Assembly (NCBI GenBank): GCA_023515725.1
Contig: JALDTO010000158.1
Span: forward strand, 186,001-250,000
Direction: 5' to 3'
DNA length: 64,000 nt
DNA from: Amoeboaphelidium protococcarum X5
Lineage: Eukaryota > Fungi > Aphelidiomycota
Shown here: positions 11,780 through 25,827 of the stretch, piece by piece
Layout of the letters: each line of letters starts with the position of its first letter
Position numbering within the stretch: position 1 is the stretch's first letter
Made by a program: the position numbers and the translations under genes
Notes under the pieces: generated by a model
Databases searched by the model: none
The model's input: the letters and a program-made list of their open reading frames with translations, nothing else
Told to the model about the DNA's origin: nothing

Positions 11780-12745
11780 TCAGTACTCCGGTAAGACCTT
11801 GGATAGAGAGATGGCAATGTATCCGAAAGTCCCATTTATTAACACATCCTTGTCACCATCCTTAACATAATACTTCAAGTACGTTTTAGTGTCCTGGCGA
11901 TCCCAGTCACTGTACAAGCCGATCTGGTTGAAATCTACAATAAGTGGCCTAGCTGACAGAGACCAGAACTCTTTCCCACCAACCTTCCACTCGTGACTGC
12001 TCAGCGTGATGTTGTTGCCATTACCTTATTTCAACACAAAATCGACGCCTAGAACCACTGGTCCAAATTTCTGTTGATCATAAGTAAGATTTTGCACCGT
12101 TGGATAATACTCATAGGTAAGACCGGATTCAGAATGCAAAATACTAATATCCAGGCTTTTGGTTGGAGTTATGCTAGTTGTGTGGCTTATTTTCGCGTAC
12201 CTACCAACTGCTGTTGGCATACTAATTACCTGGAGCAAAACATTACGAGTATCTTCATGGTCAACTTTAATGTACACACTGTACGAGTCGTCCATATCAG
12301 TGAGGGAGAAGCGGGGGATAGAAATGACACGATAATTTGGAGTCAGATATCCGCTGAAGACAGTGTATTCATCATGCTTGTTATTGGCATCCGTCACGAT
12401 CTTCACCTGAATCTCTTCGGCATCAGTTTAGACCAGAGTCAAATTCAAGTAAGAGTATGGAGTGCGGAAACCACGAACTACAGGATACCAGCCGTGACGC
12501 GCTGCCACACGAGCTTTGAAGTCGAATATGGAGACATCTGGAACCGCCATCTTGACACCATACCTGCTACTGTAATCATTACCACGCTCGCGAGCTACAC
12601 CAGCCTCAAAAGCACGACTACCAAAACTCGTTGTATACATTAGATAGAATGTCGTGGCAGCAAGCAGCAGCGAAATTCCAACTGCGCCAAATATAGATGG
12701 CTTATATACGATCATTCTACTAGCTTTTAGTTTATTATCCGACAT
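11780..12745 (-). CDS. Hypothetical protein with N-terminal signal anchor and beta-rich ectodomain (321 aa)
   Basis: Track ORFs 12428-12745 and 12026-12406 join through TAA/TAG and run to TGA at 11780; hydrophobic IFGAVGISLLLAATTFYLMY. Confidence 0.7.
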
Positions 12746-13128
12746 GTTGTTCAGTTGCTCTGAAGATGAGAAGACTCGGCGGGGGAGATGCTTTCATAAT
12801 CAAAGCATTTTACCGACACCCCTGATAATCTGTTGTCTCATCCTTCTCCCATTAATAAGCCACACTTCTTTGACGGACTATATCGAGTGCGACCATATTT
12901 CTTGTCTATTTTGTAGATGATTATAAGATGATCTAACATTAGCTTAAATTGGATTGCTTTACACAATGCAACCGCGATATTCTCAATACGTCTGTGCACT
13001 CATGGCATCTTGACGACAGCCCTGATTTAAACATCATTTCTTTTGTTTAAAGGCTCCACCAATTCTTCTTCTTAGTATCTTGCTTTCAACTGAATAGTAA
13101 TAATTGCTGAGCAAAAGTAAAGTAAATC

Positions 13129-14609
13129 ATGTTTAATCTTAAAAAGAGCAAGACGCAGCCAAATCAATTTGTTACTTCAGATGTCGATGAAGCCAAAGAC
13201 TAAGCGTCAGTGGTTGATCAAGTCCTGACGATGAGAAATACCAAGACTCAGAGAAAGAAGAAGTCGGTGCTTGATTTGACTGAAGTATTTAAGAATAAGT
13301 TAGTGGCCGATTACAATGAACAGAAGTGCCAACAATATGTGTGCCTGTTTAGAAGTTTATTGTTCAATGTCTCGGATCTTCGCTCTGGAATCAGTGAAAC
13401 ATCCTAATCAGGAACGCTGAAACCTGATGAATAGATGATGGGGATTAAGAGCAAGTGTGATGCTCAGGTGAAAATCATACTGAGTAAGATTACTGATTTG
13501 ATCAATGGTATCAGATGCTATGATGACGAGCGGGTTACTTTTGACGATGTATTGAGCAATCTAAATGCATTTGTCAGCACAGTGATGAATCTCAAAGTCA
13601 AGTACAACGAAACTGAAGCTGGAGACCGTTAGCTATTTATCCAAATATCTCAAGGTTAGATAATTAAGCACGCTGTAGCATTATGCAATTCAATTTAACA
13701 TTAGCTAGTGTTTAATATGGCATTCTTACTATTGGAGCAGAAGATTCGCGATATCAAGGTGTCTGCAGAGCTGTAGAAGAAGAAGCTTAAAATATTAAAA
13801 GTGCTAAGTGGATTTCAGAATTTCTTTTCTACCAACACGGATAAATCGCTGATTAAAAAAGGATTTCTGGCAAAGAAGAGCAAAAATTAGGGCACCTTTA
13901 CTAAGAATTGGAAGAGATAGTACTTCACATTGTATGAAGACAAGCTAATCTATGCCGATAAAGAGAATGTTGCAGAGAAGGATTGCAAAGTTATTTTGAC
14001 TGCTGTAATCACGTCCGTTCTGGATGTCTCAAAGGAGAATATGAAGTCGCACTGCTTTCAAATCTGCGCTTAGAATAACATTGTCCTTCAGGCGGCTGAT
14101 GAAAATGAATTCAAGTTATGGGTTGATGCAATTTAGTAAGTGATTGAAAGTAACGAGATATCTGCCATCAATTCAGCTTCTTAATCTGCGCAAGTCGAAC
14201 CAAAGTTGGACTGGCGAACCTTTAGAGAGGTGGAATTGCGTGATATTGTCAAGTCGATGGAACATGAAGAGAAATATCAGATCGAGATGACTAAGCTTAC
14301 CCATCTGTACAAAATAAAGGACGTGCTTCAAACCGTCAACACCAAGGAAATCGTGGAGCAGATCGAAGCATTGAATTAGTCAGAGACCGCGGATCGTGTT
14401 CGCGAATATTGTAAGTATACTATTGACTGTTGTACCATGAATTATTTGGACTAACTTTCGAAATTTGTGTAGCTGAGGAGAAGTTGATTAGAGAAAAGTT
14501 TAGTCAATTGCTGGAGGATAGGTAGCAGTTTTTAGAGTTTATAGTGAACAATAAGACGCTCTTCTTATCAGAAATCAGTGGACTTTATGCAAAAGATATG
14601 GAGTTGTGA
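13129..14609 (+). CDS. PH-domain protein with helical (BAR-like) N-terminus
   Basis: IKKGFLAKKSK...KNWKRQYFTLYEDKLIY...LQAADENEFKLWVDAI; one intron ~14411-14472; ends TGA. Confidence 0.8.
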
Positions 14610-14660
14610 TTAGAAGGAAACTATGTATAGGTTTTAAATAGAGAATAATGATTATAAACA

Positions 14661-16745
14661 TCACGTATCTTTAGCTAGCTACTTGATCTTTTCAAATTAC
14701 CATGTCCACTGAGTATTATACAGAAATGGCCGCAGATCGAAGCGATTATCATCAGGAGAGTACGACTCTGCATGGTACGACGGAGTAACAGTTGTCATTT
14801 TGTGCCTGTTGATAGAGTAAAATCTGAACAATTTACAAACTGTCTACTGAATATCCGCAGCACTTTTCACGCCATTCCAATTCTATGACATCAGATGCTT
14901 GAACATACCAACCGGTCCCAGGCGATGAATTTTACGCAATCGTCCAAATAATGATAAATCATCGTAAGTAACACCCATATCAGCCTCGTCACTTTGTACA
15001 TAATCAGCAGTTACAGGCTCCAACTCTGCACTAGGAACAGCATTAATAAAGTCTTCTAGGACGGGAAGATTAAATTCCAACTTTGCGTACTGAATAAATG
15101 ATTTCAAGTCTGCTTTAGATATGGAACCAATTGGATTAATATCAGCACTAGAGCAATCATATTTTGTAAAATAACCACGCAGACATTCATCCACATTTGC
15201 ACTGCCCAGGACGAGCAGACTTCCTTCACGGCCTCTATACAAAGGCAGCAACTGAGACATGGCATAAGACAACACCATCCGCGTCCTAGCCTAAATGTTT
15301 TACAAAGCCAAATTCTCAGACTACGAACCACCATGAACTTTATATCTGAGCACAAACTGAAGAACTGCAGATAACAAGGACACGAAAGACTCCACTATAC
15401 CATCAATATTAACGTCCATATGAAATGATCCAATACTTTATGATAAAGCACGAGCACGTTCTCTAGTCTACAACGTTGAATTAGAAGAGCCCATATAACA
15501 AGTGTGGAGTATGCGGTTACATAAATCCTGGGGTGAGGTGGGCAGATTATCAGTTCCAATCACCCTCTTAACATCTTGAATATGGTACTGACATTACGGA
15601 TCATTTGTATACTTATCATACACCAGACGACACATTGAGTACACAAGAGTGGCGGTAGAGCAACTATCAATGCCACCGGATAGTGGAAGGAGGAAGCCTC
15701 GCATACCAGACCGTCTCAAGTAATCCCAGAGCCAACACGCCGGACCAAGACTTATTTCTTATTCCGGTGAATAGCAAAGCGGCTTGATAGCCTATGTTAT
15801 CTCAGCCATTGAGTCAGATTATCTGCATATATACTGTTCAAATGCATAGTACGGATACGATTGTGCAGAACTAGCTTAAAGACCACGACTGATCAGAGAC
15901 CCTCTATATGAAAGCACCTCGTCCAAATCTACCATGGCTGTAACAACTTCCACATCATTAAGGGAGAACTAAGAACCTTGAGCCACTATATGACCATTGA
16001 CAGCAATTAATGCGCACCCGTCATAATACACTCGTTCACCATCACATCCCTGTTGATTAGCATACATATACACACCACCAACTTTACGCATAGCTTCCTG
16101 AATGAGGGACAGACGCCGCGTCAACTTTCTCAACTCATGATGACTAGCAGAGCCATTTGTAAATACTTCAACACCATCAAAAGACTGGGTGATGTGAGGC
16201 GACTGAGGAGTGAACAGTTCTTCACACACCTCTGAGCCAAATACAGCATCCCCACACCTGAGAACCAAATCTCCAATCTTTACAGAACGCTACCCGGTCA
16301 CTTGCGATACGCTCTAAGGTAGGTGATAGTCTTCGCTCGATCTATGCTTCAGCCACGGTGTAAACCATCTACTCTCCCTGTAATTACCATCGTTGGCCAA
16401 GTAGAGCTTCGGTCTGATGAAGAGAATCTGACCATTATGACTCAATACTCGACAATTATAGCGGACACTCTTATGACACACGGGCATACCAACATCTATA
16501 ATAATTCCGTGCAGCGACTTGTCATTCAACAACTCGCAAAGTACCTCCCAGCAATGATCAAAAGTATCAGTCTCATAAAAGTGATCGTTACAACCATATC
16601 CGCAAATTTCCAGCTCTGGACCAAGTCTATACACGGCATCTCGACTCTTGGACACCCTAATGGACTCTTTTATTCTATCCAAGTTGCCACTAAAATCAAG
16701 TGCCCACTAATTAAGACTACACGTGGCTAATGTCAACGCTCTCAT
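14661..16745 (-). CDS. QNS1: Glutamine-dependent NAD+ synthetase
   Basis: [13 protein letters not shown](TAG)[65 protein letters not shown]; 694 aa intronless. Confidence 0.96.
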
Positions 16746-17023
16746 ATACTCTATTACTTTTTAAACTTAATATCGATTGATAAATAAACCAACTTTCAAC
16801 TTAAATACGATATATACCGCATATGAGTTGTTTTAAGGAGAGGAGAGCTCTTGAACACTTTCTCTTCTTCTCTTCTCTTTTATCAGACAAACTGGGTCTT
16901 ATCATAGTTTTAATTAGAGGAGCTTGTTATATTCTAAAGGATATCTTAAAGAATAGCAATTACATCTCTCAATATTGTTAATATAATATATCACTACCTA
17001 AAGCTAAAGTATATAATATTAGT

Positions 17024-17520
17024 ATGAGCTCTGTTGAGAGTAATAAGAAATTGCGCGCTTGCCTCCTATGTTCCCTCGTCAAGGTATGATTATAGATATA
17101 TTAATAATATCTAGAAGCGTACTTGATTGTATCATAAACTATATTTTAAATTAATATTTGGTAGAATTAGAATTAATTTCGACGAGATGGTTGTGATAAT
17201 TGTGAACAAGTGCTCCAGATGAGAGACAATATGGATCGAGTGTATGATTGCACATCACCTAATTTCAGCGGGTATTGTATCTTTTATTCATTTTATGAAA
17301 ACTTGTATTATGGATTTAATATAAATAATTATAATGTAGAGTCGTATCATTGATGGAGCCAGATGATAGTTGGGTGGCTAGATGGTAGCGATTGGATAAA
17401 TTTACGCGTGGAGTTTATGCAGTTCAGGTATTCGGTCGCCTTCCAGGAGATATAATTGAAGATCTATAAGAGCGTGGAATTGCATACAGACCGCGTGATG
17501 GTACTGCTGAAGCATTATGA
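17024..17520 (+). CDS. SPT4: Transcription elongation factor Spt4
   Basis: LRACLLCSLVK | GCDNC...CTSPNFSG | SWVARWQ(TAG)RL...GVYAVQVFGRLP...YRPRDG; two introns. Confidence 0.95.
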
Positions 17521-17620
17521 AATATGAATATATTTTAATTCATTCTATATTTTATGATATTCATCGTATTTAGAGCTTTAAATGAAGCTAGTTCTGTGAC
17601 AGTTATCTCCCAATGCAAAA

Positions 17621-20395
17621 TCAGAGAGACTTATGAGTAGTAGGAGGAGCAGGCTTATTGAGGAGATACTACTAAAAGAGAGGTTCCGTCATGAGAGATG
17701 ATGTTTGGGATAGCACAAAGTTATAGGCAACCATCAACAGCTATGGGAATCGAGTGTTAAAATACGTGTAGTATCCATCTGGAATGGGACCCATTACTGC
17801 TTATAATTCTTGAGGCAGGTCGTTAAAATGATTTCGCTTGTTACGCATAGCTCGCAGCAAATCCGTGAGACTGTCATTGTCATACTTGCGATACTTGCCC
17901 AGATTGGCAAACAGTCGCCTATCCACTTTATTATGCCATCCTGAGGGTGAGAACACCTGTTAGCCAAGGCTATTGAAATCAGCAATCATGGCAGATGATG
18001 CTTTATCTTCTACATCCAAACGGTCGGATAGATCGGAGAGAAATTGTAAGCGTTTAGATAGTGGCCAAAAGAACGGATGCATTAACACAGTGTCCATTGA
18101 CGGCCTATAGTCCGGATGAAATCTGATCATATTCTATACCAAGTCTGCAGCTTCAGCAGCATCTCCATCCAAGTCGATAGTTTTGACGTCATTAATTATA
18201 TTCTATTCCCGGGCAAATCTATCTCCATACGGATGACTGCCATGAGTGAGTATAAAATAGAACACCAATCCGGCGGAGAAAACATCTACCGCACGAGTCA
18301 GTCGCATCATATTCTCCATATAATCTGCACCTGAAGTGGCGAATATCGTTTCGGGCGCACGCCATCCATTAGTGCCACCACTTTGCATTGCTGTATGATG
18401 AAAACTGTCTTGATCATCTGCCAGTTTCTTACACAGTCCAAAATCGCTAATCACTGCACGATATTATCCATTGTTATGCGCAATCAGTATATTCTATGGC
18501 TTGATGTCTCGATGAACAATATTAAGCTGATGTAAATGCCCAATCCCCAGGCTGATCTCTCTGATCAACTTTTATTCATCCAGATTATCAACGATACTCT
18601 GATACTTATTCGTAGATGCACTTTCCACTACTTCATACAGTGAGGCGAGACATAGCTCCAAGCCAATGTATAGAAATTAGTCCCTGGTCTCTTGACAGTA
18701 ATAACGCACCACATTCGGATGATGATCAGCTTTTAGTAACGAGTCAACCTCCTTAGTAGCAATGTCATAAAAATTGACCAGTAGTCTCTTCACCGCAATC
18801 TATCGACCATGAAAGTGGCCTTTAAATACCACTGTACCATGCGAACCGTATCCAACAATCTAATCCTCTTCCACAGATAAACTACTGACATTATTACCTG
18901 ACTAATCGGTCTTCTAACTATCTACTGGGCCATTGCTATGGTCCTAATCATCAACTGCATCATTAATAGCCTTATTCTTCTTCTACGGCCGCTTACGTCT
19001 ACGCTTAGGCTACTTTTATTCAGAGTCACTTTAAACATAAAATTGGCGATAAATCTTTTATAAAGTGAAATATAATAGAGGCATAGTGATGGCGAAAGCC
19101 AAAGTGAACAGAATGATTCTAAAGTCAATGCCAAGATTCCAACTACCAGTTGAAGGAGCGATAGATAACTGTCCACCTGATGACGATGATGGTTACTTGA
19201 TCACAGGAACAACATCTTTGGGTTGGAATGGAACAAGCGACAAATCTCCATAATCCACGGCTGAATATTCATACCTCCCGGCAAGACAATATGGATAATT
19301 AGACTGACCAACGCGACAGTTGGCCAGACATACATCTCTCACCATCAATGACTGTTGTTGTTGATAATGCTAAGATTAAGAGTCTCCATCTACAATGACA
19401 TAGGGAGACTATGCGAGATCTTTAGATAATCCAGAATCTTGTGACTGTATCTCATACTATCCAAAGTATTTAGCGCCATCTAAAAGATACAAAGAGCCTT
19501 TATGTACTCGAACGTGATAATCCTGAGTCAAAGATAAATGTGGCGGTGACAGGGTGACTTGTAACAAGTAACAACGTTCGTCCAGAGAACGCTAAACTTT
19601 AAACAAAGACACTACTGGCGCACCTAGATCCACTTTCCATCCCCCGCCACCTGGATTCTAAATGCCTGAACGGACATAAACCACAGAACCATCTAGAGAT
19701 GGATAAAACTGGCCATCCATCTGATTCCCAGATTATTAATCTCGTAAAACTTCTGCAAAATCTGTAGATGACACCACTGTATAAGTGACATTCCATTTCG
19801 GAAGTCTACTATCATCAGCATCATACAACAGTACACTATACTCTGTGACACCAACACTGATGATATTCTTCTAATTGCCATTTTCAAAAGGATATCCATG
19901 AGATTAAGTAAAATGATCCTGATGGTCATCATCAACATCTTAATCGCCAGTATCTGCAAACTATGTAACCTTCTAACCAGTGCGCAAATCTATAGAAATC
20001 ACCTGAGACTTACTAGAGCCCACAAATACTTGACCATCCACAGAGAATGGTGAGTGATTAATCAACTACTTTACCGTAAGAGGCAATCGCTTCAATTTCT
20101 GCATTGGTTCCGCCATGTAAATTGCTCCATCACCATGCGGCTCTACAATGAGAGAATACTGAGCAGTAGCAGCAGGTGGATCGTTCCTGTGATATTAAGA
20201 ATCAGATTAGAGCCATGGCACCTACTAATATTTAGTCCTGATAATACCATCTGCCACCCGTCTATTCCATAACACTCTACCATCCTCAGTCACACCACTC
20301 ATCTATCCGTCCAGAGACACTGCTATATACTATGCACTTTCCACCACAGCATCTTTTGTCTATATAATACCTTTATCTTCAATTGTCACAGTCAT
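17621..20395 (-). CDS. IRE1: ER stress sensor kinase/endoribonuclease Ire1
   Basis: Lumenal domain, TM (ESFCSLWLSPSLCLYY region), GYGSHGTVVFKG, HRDIKPQNIL, ISDFGLCKKL, GWRAPE, RNase DLLRAMRNKRNHF. Start uncertain. Confidence 0.93.
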
Positions 20396-20741
20396 ACTGA
20401 CAGAAAATAGATAGAATCAAGTTATTTCAGCCAATGTAGTGGCACTATTCAACAAGAAAAGAGAGAAACAACTTTGAGAGAAATCGTCGCGTGCCATCAA
20501 AGGCATAATTCGTCACGTTGAATGTTCTTGAGCGATAATAAATACTTTAGAGGTATAGACGTATTATTGAATCTGATATCAATGTTGATGTTGAGGCAAA
20601 TTAATACAGCGAGATAAAAACTTCATGTGTATGATAGCGTTGAATCACTACATTTACTAATATTACTCAATCACATAATACTATGCAAAATAATGATGAA
20701 TAAAGTAAAATTTTTTTATATTCACCAATTCAATCAGGTTA

Positions 20742-21236
20742 TCATAATGAGCACAAATAAGCAGTGCTGAGAACGGTAAGACCTCCGACAGCATATCCAG
20801 TGGCATACACCTGCTTTAGAGCCAGACAGTAACCATAATCCCACAGCAAGTGTCTGATACCATTAAATGAGTGATATGCAAATGGCGCACTCAGACCAAC
20901 TTTCATCAATAGTGGCAGCAGAGGGACGAAATGCACAGCTCCCACCATGGAGGCGGAACTGAACACGGCAGGACTTGCAGCATAACCAATCGCTGCAAAG
21001 TAGGTGAGACCGGACAGAGCGCATCCAGTAACACGATGTCCAATAGACATTAGCCAAGGCAGTTGGAATTCATAAATCTACAGGTGGGGACTCTCTGGGC
21101 GATTAACAGGCCTGGCAACCGTCTGAGTGAATCTGCTTTAAATCATTTACTATTTTCCACCATAAAAGATCATACTGCTCCTACTCTGACCCATAGCCAG
21201 CGACTGACGAGCGAACTTTGTACTTAAACTCAACAT
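20742..21236 (-). CDS. SDH3: Succinate dehydrogenase cytochrome b560 subunit
   Basis: Mitochondrial presequence, NRPESPHLQIYEFQLPWLMSIGHRVTG, YHSFNGIRHLLWD. Confidence 0.93.
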
Positions 21237-21536
21237 TCTTATTATTCTGATAATTCAGTATATAAGGGAACTATTTAACTTTTGAATAGAAAATAGTAAG
21301 AGACCACAGTAAACTGATAGAGAATATCTGTCTGAATTTATATGCAGTGACGAAATAAAAGTCAAAGGGAAAGAAGGAACGGTGGCGAGAATAGACGAAA
21401 ACGACGATGAACGAAGAAGTAAAGAGGGGACGCCGAGACAAAGAAGCATACGATCAGGAGATAGATACAAAACGACAGCAGGTAAACTCATGACGAGAAT
21501 GTTCCAAGGTGATCATAATAAGAAGAGTTGATTCAT

Positions 21537-22165
21537 TCATTTGCTATTAAGTGATGGGTCAGACTTGAGTTCTTCATTGAACACCTCCTCTTAATCAAGT
21601 CCTTTTTGTTCAATAAACTCCTGATATCTATCCTCCAAGTCTCGTATAGATTTCACCTTAATGGGTGCTTTTATAACATTTCCCCGTTTAGCCATCTCAA
21701 TTCGTCGATATTAACACACGTGCCTACATCACTATTAAATACATTATATGTAATGATTATAAATGTTATGTATAAAATGTCAAAGCCAGATTACCAATAT
21801 ATTAATGATGTTATTAAGAAGGATCCATACGCGTAATTTGTTGCACTCAAAACGTTTACTACACATTACGTATACATAGCTCATATATTTTGATTATTAT
21901 ATAACGTCTTACGTGATAGGTGATATCTAATAGCTCCCAAAGAAAGTCCAGTTCCAATTCCAGTGAGTAATGCGGGTCTTGCGCAAGGTTGCGTTCTGAA
22001 CAAGTTTCCAAAATCTGTCTACAAATCAATAGTGGATAAATTTCATGACCATCTTGATAAATGTATAGGATATTACCATGGAAGAGTGCTCTTTATCATC
22101 TTATTTATCTGCGGGTGTATTGATGCCGTTCATATCCTTCTAAGATGGTCCCTAAGCATTAACAT
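21537..22165 (-). CDS. COX20: Cytochrome c oxidase assembly factor Cox20 (4 exons)
   Basis: PCARPALLTGIGTGLSLGAIRY | ATNYAYGSFLITSLIYW | HVCQYRR; GT-AG introns; start approximate. Confidence 0.75.
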
Positions 22166-22349
22166 CCGTTTCGATCGTCATTTCTTTCTCTTTGATTTCT
22201 TGAGAACTGGTTCGCGTTCAAATCGAGATGTAAAATGAAATTCATGTGCGTTTGTATGTATTCAATCTATTACTCTATAAATAAACTACACAATTTCTTA
22301 TTTCAAACATAGCGCTGGGTCTTAATATTGCTTCTTAAGATCAGCGCCT

Positions 22350-25058
22350 TCAAATTGTATTATTCTTCAGATACTACAACGTGACAAACAACTTCTCTGC
22401 ATCATCCGGCATGATAAACTTGTCGTTCCACTCAGTACATTGGGGTGGTGCATTCGGGTACGCGGCCTTGAACAACTATTTAAATTCACCTGCAACCTTC
22501 TCGTCACCATACTTTCCAGCATCTGATTGCTGCAGTTTATCTGGAGTTTACGCAAATACCATTCGCTAGTACGCAGACATTGGTTTACCTGAAGTTACGC
22601 GCAGCATCAGAAACAAGACCAAGTGACAAAACAGAGGCTCAGATAGCTTTCTCAAGATTGCAATCACGGCTGAAAAGTATTCATCAGATGACTTATACTT
22701 GTCTGCATGAGGCAAGACATCTGATGCGCAGTTGATACCATTCCTAGATTAGAGCCAGCTGACTACAGATTGAATATCATCCAGTGAGAATATCATTTTC
22801 CGCTATGATCTGTTCAAAGTTGGCACGGGAATCGCAATTTCAAAGCTCATTCTGTTCTGGTCAAGCGATTCATTTGAAGCTTTTTTGATACCACTGAACA
22901 ATCCGTCAGATGACTGTCGCCTGTCTCTAAACTTTGGCTACTTTCCGTTATCTGCTTCCTGGTTGTCGTTATTTTGATCATCATTGTCGTCGTCATCATC
23001 ATCAGCAAAAAGACTGCTTGGTTTCCTCTTCATGGTAGAAGGCTACTCTGGCTTTAGGCTCAACTTCTTTTCAAAATCCATACCGACATTCTAGACTGGA
23101 AGTCCCAACTTTGAAGATGGAGCAGAGTCCTGCAATTGGGCAGCAGCCAATGACGCGACAGAAGTGTTTCCTGCGTTCTTCTTTTTTGGTGGTAGCGGAG
23201 GAGGGGGAGCTTTCGCTTTCGATGAAGATGGTGCTGCAGTGCTCACCGAAGATTACGCCTAGGATACAGAAGAACGATTGGCAGGTGGAATCAGAATGTC
23301 AGCATTCACCGTAGACTTTTCAGAACCGAATGACAGTTATGAGCTCTACTATCCCAGCTAGTTTTTATTCGCATCTTTCTATTATTGCCCAGGCGGTGGC
23401 AATTTAGGCTCTGAAAAAGAGTCCGGCTTACCTGTTTATTACAACACTAAAGATAGCCGCTTGACATCAGGCTTAGGCTGCACAATCTTTGGTCTTTGGA
23501 ATCCAGATTCTTTACGGCCACCTTCCGGTCTTACTGGCTCCGACGGCTGGCGAGGCTTCTCAGGCTATTAAGGTGTCAAAGAACTCTGCGCAGCGCCAGT
23601 TGTTGGTTCAGCAGATTTAATACCAGCGTCCTATCTCAACGCGTCCAAATTAGTATCACCGATATCATGAAGGACATCCAGAGCTCCAAATGACTAAATT
23701 GCAGGTAATTCAGTCTTCATACTACTCACTTAATTGCTCTATTACGCGACACGCTTCTAGATTTAGGCATCCTTATCCTCCACAATCTCAACAGCCAAAA
23801 TTTCATCAGTAGCAGTAGATAGACCAGTCATATTCTTCTTTAACTTTTTAGCATACATACCATCTAGTGTCGTCAAAGTATTGGTCATGCCAGTAGAAGC
23901 AACGTGATCCGCTTTAGCTATGTCGGTAATTTAATCATTAGCATTATAGGATTAGAATATGGAAGCCTGAGACTAAGATTCCAAGATCTCTGAAGACTTT
24001 AAAATATTTGACTTTTTGCTTTTGCCTTTTATAGCACCAGATTTACCATCTTACACCTCAACAAAAATCTTAGACTCTTTCACAGAATCAGCATCTCCAT
24101 CAGTCTCTATATCATCCAGATTATACTATGACGCATCTGATGCAACACCACGAGAAACGTTAAGATAAAGGTAGGCGATAAATCCTACCAGCGTCAGTAA
24201 ATACACCGCATTGCAAACGATGAAGGTAATCATAGCCGCAACACTGTAAATGCCTTTTGCAACGCTCACGTAGTCAAAATACATGAAATATCCGAGTTAC
24301 CCCAGAAGAACAACCACCACAAAAGTAACCAGAATATAAAATCTTCGCCGATTGCCACCTTGCTGATTAACGCCAATAAAAAGCACCTGGCACGATTCAC
24401 ATTAATCAAAGTATCCATGCTGACACTCTCCGCTTCTGACAGTGACTTTCAACTAAGATGAGTGGCGTTCATTAAATTCCGGCAGCCAGTAATGACACCA
24501 CATCCATTACAGTGATATAATACAAGGTACAATATAACAAGCCGTCACACAAGAGCTAAACAGTAATTGATTGAATGAGGAGAGATCAAAATCAGCCATC
24601 AATATAAACAGATGGTAGCCATTAAGGGCGCAAAACAGAGCTTGGCCAGTAAACAAGATGACTTTTACATACTGATACAATGCAAATTTAGCAACCTTCT
24701 GCAGTAATAATAAGTGAAAAGGACCTAGCAATAGAAATACATTATTTAAAAGCAGACACCATCGAATCAGTTGAATTTTGAAATCACTTTGTGGCTGTGA
24801 CTAATCGACTTGATTCAGTTCAATAGACAGAGAGACTGAGTACGCTGCCACACACAGACTCATAAGATAATGCAGAAGGACTGCTGATCGGGGCACCAAG
24901 GACGTGATTTTATTAAAAGTACTGATTATCAGGCGCAAGGTTATAATGCAAGCAAGTACAGTAGCGATTACCGTGAATGTCTGAGATGGTATAGTCTGAT
25001 CCAGCCTTCTACCAGCTATTGACTGAACAGATTCATTGTTGAACTAGTAAACATTCAT
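22350..25058 (-). CDS. Orphan 7TM membrane protein with long cytoplasmic tail (902 aa, intronless)
   Basis: Continuous TGA-terminated ORF under TAR=Gln; seven hydrophobic segments in the first ~300 aa, then coiled-coil, PPPPLPPKKK, SLFADDDDDD and a C-terminal helical domain. Confidence 0.75.
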
Positions 25059-25827
25059 ATTCTTTTCTTTGATATGATAAGATAGTGACTATATATATTA
25101 CAAATATTTAATAAAAATTATCAAATTAAAGTCAACTTGAACTGTTTCAATGTGACAACCAATTGATTGGGATAAAAATAGACTTGTTACTTGGCGAGAC
25201 TCTTAAGGCTGTAACATGCTCCACCCATGTAGTCAATCGCACTTAATCCATTGAATTTAAAGAATCTAATTCATACATAAGATGTAGTGTAGAATATCAG
25301 TACTATTGAAACCATAAAAGAATCATATGTGCTTTCGATATTTGCATTGTATCTGTAGTGAACAATGAGTTTCAATACAAGAAGTAAAGCAAAGAAGCAA
25401 CAACAACAAGATCAAAAATTAAACAAAATAAAATAACTTCAAAAAGATTTTTTATTCGTTTTATTAAGCCTTGTTCTACTGTAATTAGATCTCAACCATG
25501 TCCAGATCAATAAACGGTTTTTCATTAAAAGTTTCAGCGAGACGCGCCTCGTCAATTCTTTCGTTCTTCATCCACACAATCTCGCCGCTCTTTAACATTT
25601 CCCGCTTATTCTGTCTGAGCTGTTTTTTATAATTCCGGCGGTGGTGGTGGTGACCTGTCATTTTGTTCAAAAAACACCTTTTATCATATCCAGCAGTGTT
25701 ATACGGCATTGATTTCAAAATTCCGCCGTTACATAAAAAGTTCAAGTCTGAGTAGTGGACTTTTGAGAACTGTCACTAGGAGTAGAGGTAGTCGTCATAA
25801 TCATCATAAGCATCATTTTAGTAGATT

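Noticed and set aside
12074-12643. 189-aa + strand ORF
   Set aside because: Overlaps the longer minus-strand ORF 11780-12745, which has a proper start, TM segment and TGA stop
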